Source: Tubiluchus corallicola (lineage: Eukaryota; Animalia; Priapulida). Taken from it: a stretch of 55,917 bases of DNA. The notes beneath the pieces were generated by a model. It did not search any database. It was not told the DNA's origin and worked only from the letters and a program-made list of their open reading frames with translations. Position numbers and translations under genes: made by a program. Shown one piece after another: positions 51,222 to 55,917 of this stretch (position 1 is the first letter of the stretch; each line of letters starts with the position of its first letter). The stretch lies in assembly GCA_030141605.1 (NCBI GenBank), contig JAQGDQ010000199.1:214430-270346 (forward strand), written 5' to 3'.

Positions 51222-54200
51222 ATGAAAATCCGGACGTGTTTATTTCTGATTACAATAACAGGTAAGTAAAGCAACAATTCAGCTCATGAGTAAAACATTT
51301 CTACATTTATGATATAAATTCTGTGTTAGATTGTTACAGGAATACACAGCACAGATCAGACTGGTGTTATCGAAAATTTGTTTTATTGTATATGACATTT
51401 ATGTTAATAAAGCTCAGGGGAGAAACCTATGGTACATTAACCTGGTTATCTATTTGTAACAGGACTGAAACTGTCAGAAATCTTTTTATGATTGTCGTTA
51501 AGATAGGGTTATGCGATTATCCATTTTTAAAGTAAACCACGATATGTATTTCTTTAATTGTTTGTGTCTCACTACTTTGAACATTTAATCATTTTTATTT
51601 AGTCATTCGTTCTTCCTATTTCAAATGTTCACAAACCAAGAATAAAAAACAAGCAAAATTTGACTAAAATGTGGCCACAACAAAACAAATAATTATTCAT
51701 TCAATTCATTGATAATACATACTTCACAAGCTATAGTTTGATCCTCACATTACAAATTTCACAAATATATCTTGTTAGTTAACTATCATAAATGTTTACT
51801 TACATATTAGCAATTACATGAATAGCATATTATCACATATAGCACAATGCACTAAAGCACAATAATCACCTTATAAGGCATAAGATAAATTCAAGATAGG
51901 TGCACCATAATTTTATCTGTAATTTAGCACTACAGGCCTATACAGAGGGACTTGCTCTGTTAGCCAGTGAAAGCTAAGAAAATCGTCCTTGTTGCTCATG
52001 TCGAGTGGCCTTATATAAACTTTTCCTTCATAAATTAATCTAAATAGTGGGCTTCATGCAATCCATACTTGTATGGTATGAAACTACCTACAGACCTAGT
52101 CTAAGGGCAAATCTGAGTTTAACATTCAAGGCTATATTATAAGACTGTGGCTAAAGGAAAATTCATGAACTTGAAAAAATGCTAGAGAATTTAGGGGGGG
52201 GATTTTATAGACACATAAAATGAAATTTATCTTCGGGAAATATATATGCGATTTCCCGACAGGTGTAATATAAAGGCCTATGAATAACTGGTACAATTTT
52301 GTAATTTCATGAATGATATCGTGGAATAAATTACCTAAAGAATATGTTTAAGTGTGAAATGTTAAGGCTAAATGAGATCATAATTATTTGGAGTTTTCGC
52401 AAGAACCTATCATAATAACTGTTCCTTTCAGCAATAAAACGCAAGTTCCATTTTAGGTTAACCATAATCAGTTAACAGTCACACTAAACCTGTTCAAAAC
52501 AATTTTACGTATTTTAATTTTTTTTAACTTTACGGATAATTTTCAAAAAAAATTCACACAAAATCAATGCGAAGAGATTGTATTAGTTTTTTTATCATTT
52601 GAGAGAAATTGTCAAAATAAGTTCGTCAACGAAAGTTGCCATAGAACAGTAATAGTTAAAAGTTTTTTGCCGTGAAATTTGCTGAGAATTTCTCTGGCAA
52701 GGCTAATTCTATGCAATTAAAAAGTAATTTTAACGAGTTTCAAGAAAGAGTTTATAAGTCTATATTATTTTAGTCACAATTTGTAAGTCAGAGTAAATGC
52801 TTTACTCTCTCTTGAGATTAATAGGCGGCACGTGGAGACTTGATATGAGGCAGACTGGATGCTAAGAATCATATCTGGTATTCTGGTATATAATCCATCT
52901 ATGTATTAATTTTTATAGTTTGTTATATTTCCAGCTGTTTGTGTGCTGTTTGCACAGACATATGAATATGAAGGATGCTTTAATGCAAAACACGAGGGCA
53001 ATCAAGATTTGCCAATCCAGCTTGCTAACAAAGATGAGCCAGAAGACTGCATAGACGCTTGCATAGAAGAAAGTTATCCATACGCTGGGTTATCATCACA
53101 ATCTGCACCACAGAGCAAAATAATATGTCGTTGTGGAAACAAATACGGAGAATTCGGGGAAACAAACAGCAGCTCTTGTCAGGGATGTGGAAGTCAAAAT
53201 GGATACAATTGCGGAAATGGTGAAGACTTCAATGCTGTTTATAACACACTTCGTAATGTCTGTTAATTTTAGGGAAAATGCGAATTGCTCTACTAATCAG
53301 CTCACATACACAAACAATGTCTTACAAACTCTGCATTTGTAAAACTACTTATTAAGTTCGTTGCCTTTAGTACAGAAAAGTACAAAAGACAGAATCTGAA
53401 GATCACTTATCATGCAGCAAAAATATGAGATTTCTATTATAATCTCGATGTAACGTAATAACTAAAATCTTTGTGTAACATATTAACCTAACATGCATTA
53501 AAATGTTGTTAACATTCTGCTTACATTAATCATAATCATAATAATAATACATTACAAATGCGCATCGTTCTCCGAAAATAGAAATGTGGTAAAAACTTCT
53601 TCAATAAAATATATTATGACGTTTGCATGATGTCAGTGAGCGCTCAGTTACCAATCCCGTGGTTGGTTCAGGAGCGTCTCTAAGCGTAATGGAATATTCC
53701 ACTCTTGCATTAGACGCAGTAAAACTGCTGCTTGGTACCAGTGAACTGTTACAATGACCCAAAGACCGCCTAAGGCAAAGACGTATTGTTTGTGAAAAAA
53801 ACTGCGAGAAAGAGTCTAAACAAAGTAATACACAAAAATATTTTCCGGTTTTAATTTTTTTAAGAATGTTTTCAACGTACCCAGTAGCTAGTGTTAATTG
53901 CTAATCAGCATCCTTTCATTAAGTAAGCGAGTGAGTGTGTGAGTTAGTGAGTGAGTGAGTGAGTGAGTGAGTGAGTGAGTGAGTGAGTGAGTGAGTGAGT
54001 GAGTGAGTGAGTGAGTGAGTGAGTGAGTGAGTGAGTGAGTGAGTGAGTGAGTGAGTGAGTGAGTGAGTGAGTGAGTGAGTGAGGGAGTGAGTGAGTGAGT
54101 GAGTGAGTGAGTGAGTGAGTGAGTGAGTGAGTGAGTGAGTGAGTGAGTGAGTGAGTGAGTGAGTGAGTGAGTGAGCGAGCGAGCAAACGAGTGATTGAGT

Positions 54201-55075
54201 GAGTGACAACACGGCTTACCCACAACCAGGATAGATTTAAATTAGTTTAAATTTCAACAAATTAACTTTTCGCCATTTTGCCACCTTTTGTACGTTCAGT
54301 CGTGCAGGGCTTATAAAGGTTATAAAAGTAATTTTGAAATGTCTAGACTCTAGTGGAAGTTCAGTGATTATTATGTTAGTTCTAGCTCCAGCCATTTGTC
54401 CGCACTACAATATTGTGTCTCATGTGTTGTTGGCACCACACTGTCAAGAGCATGAAACCAGAAGAAATTGGTATCCCAGATAGTTAGAGTTTACAATGAA
54501 CTAATAAAATTTTTTATAATAGTTATTTCAACACATCTCATGCAAGAAATCTCAAGCTATACAGCAGACAAAAACGATCTTCTTTCACGTAAAATGCTCA
54601 ACACTTACACAATTCATGACAATAGGAAGCTGTTGCTAGCCTTTAGGTAATCAGTGATCACCCTCTTATGCACATTCCAGAACTTATCTTTAATGAATAA
54701 GACCAGTGTTCAAGATGGTTAAGACGTTGTCCATATGACAAGTTTAACTATAGGCTGGGACGAGCACAGTAAAATGAATAAATAAAAGTATCATCTTAGT
54801 TTTTCAGACTGCACGTCACGAGTTTCGTGGATGTTGGAATTTTGGCACACCACTTACCACTTATGCTGCCAATGTTTCTGACTGCATGAGATATTGCATA
54901 GGAACAAACAGATTTGCTGCTACAAAAACTACTCCTTCGGGTAATAACTGTAATTGTGGAGCCAAATTTGAAGGACAGGATGTTCCTGAAGGGCCGTGTC
55001 GTGAGAATGTGGAACTCCAGGGTGATTTTTGGGGTACTGACAATACATATGCCCAAGCTATATACGAAGTCGGAG
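51222..55075 (+). CDS. 5' part of a paralogous WSC-domain receptor/secreted protein (signal peptide + WSC + WSC); continues beyond window
   Basis: Exons 51222-51261 (MKIRTCLFLITIT, G|GTAAGT), 52935-53252 (AVCVLFAQTYEYEGCF...CIDAC...YPYAGL...CRCGN...C..CG...CG...NAVY), 54800-55075 (EFRGCWNF...DCMRYC...CNCG...AIYEV); all phase 1. Confidence 0.8.
53925..54205. repeat. (GAGT)n microsatellite
   Basis: Direct reading. Confidence 0.95.
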
Positions 55076-55917
55076 GTAAAAATCATTACATTTTTTATTT
55101 TATTTTTGTTATATTTAGCCTGTAACATTTATTTTGTTTCACTAAATTAGCAACTTTTTATAAAGTACCAATTGTCCTACAGATTTTAGTACCTCTGTAA
55201 CTAGAGTTGAATAACTACAGTGTAATTTAAATTCTACCATTAATGATATTAATCACCAACAATTCTTAATTTACAACACCCATTTTTGTCTCTGCAGCAC
55301 CTGTTTTCGTCTCTTAATAGATTCTTCACACATAAACAAAGGAAGAAATAGGAAGAATCTCGACCTTGGTGATGATACGCTGCTAAGATGATTTAGCACC
55401 TGTTATCGAATATGCACACCAAGATTATATAGGACCTAAGCGCATAAGCTTCATTATGGCTACTTACAGAGACTACTTGAAACCTGACTACCTTACAATA
55501 GTTGTTTTCTAAATGATCCTTACTGAAGTTCAGCTAACCAATAAGTACTGAGGGTGTCTAAATTCACGGTAGCACTGAAACATATATCAGTTAGAATTAG
55601 TCCCCTCTCATTGAAGAAAAATTCCTCGTGTTTTGCTGATTAAAATATGATTTTCCAACTGCAGTCTAATCTCTTGAAAACTGTGCGACAATAATAGAAG
55701 TATTGAGTTTATTATACTATTAAAGCTGTTCGTAGTCTGATGGCAGCTATTTCTACAGCAACAGGTTACAAAACGTCAAAGAAATAAAAGTGTCAGCAGT
55801 GTGACACTTTTTATAAATTTCCAGCATGTCACCTCTGCAAATTATTCAGCCAAAAATGTTTTCATGACTTTTCAAATTTACAAAACATTAATCTAATACT
55901 GGACTGGTTTCACTAAG

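Noticed and set aside
53894-54225. (LTHS)n ORFs, also at 13153-13522
   Set aside because: Microsatellite translations.

Overview
AT-rich, intron-rich invertebrate (metazoan) nuclear DNA, not prokaryotic. The MRPL17 motifs look protostome-like, which is an inference. Manual exon assembly (GT-AG sites, phases checked) gives five genes. (1) A cholinesterase-like gene on the - strand with vertebrate-BChE-like exon layout that has lost its catalytic Ser and His. (2) A 3-exon secreted protein of about 558 aa with ~17.5 copies of QQVPQQPPPSGY and a His/Gly/Tyr-rich tail; its first intron opens with 13 tandem splice-donor copies that look like recursive splice points. (3) A 5'-incomplete MRPL17 on the - strand. 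(4) A 20-exon, ~1190-aa single-pass receptor: WSC x2, EGF, FN3 x4, EGF x2, TM, ITAM-like motif, then one apparently inactive PTP domain; its 5' end was not found. (5) The 5' end of a divergent tandem paralog (signal peptide + WSC + WSC). Between them lie LINE fragments, tRNA-SINEs, TTAA- and hAT-type MITEs, a solo LTR carrying heat-shock elements, a 5S rRNA pseudogene and many tandem repeats. The best candidate for an undescribed system is the tandem WSC-ectodomain / ITAM-like / pseudophosphatase receptor family. No database searches were possible; domain calls rest on motif recognition.
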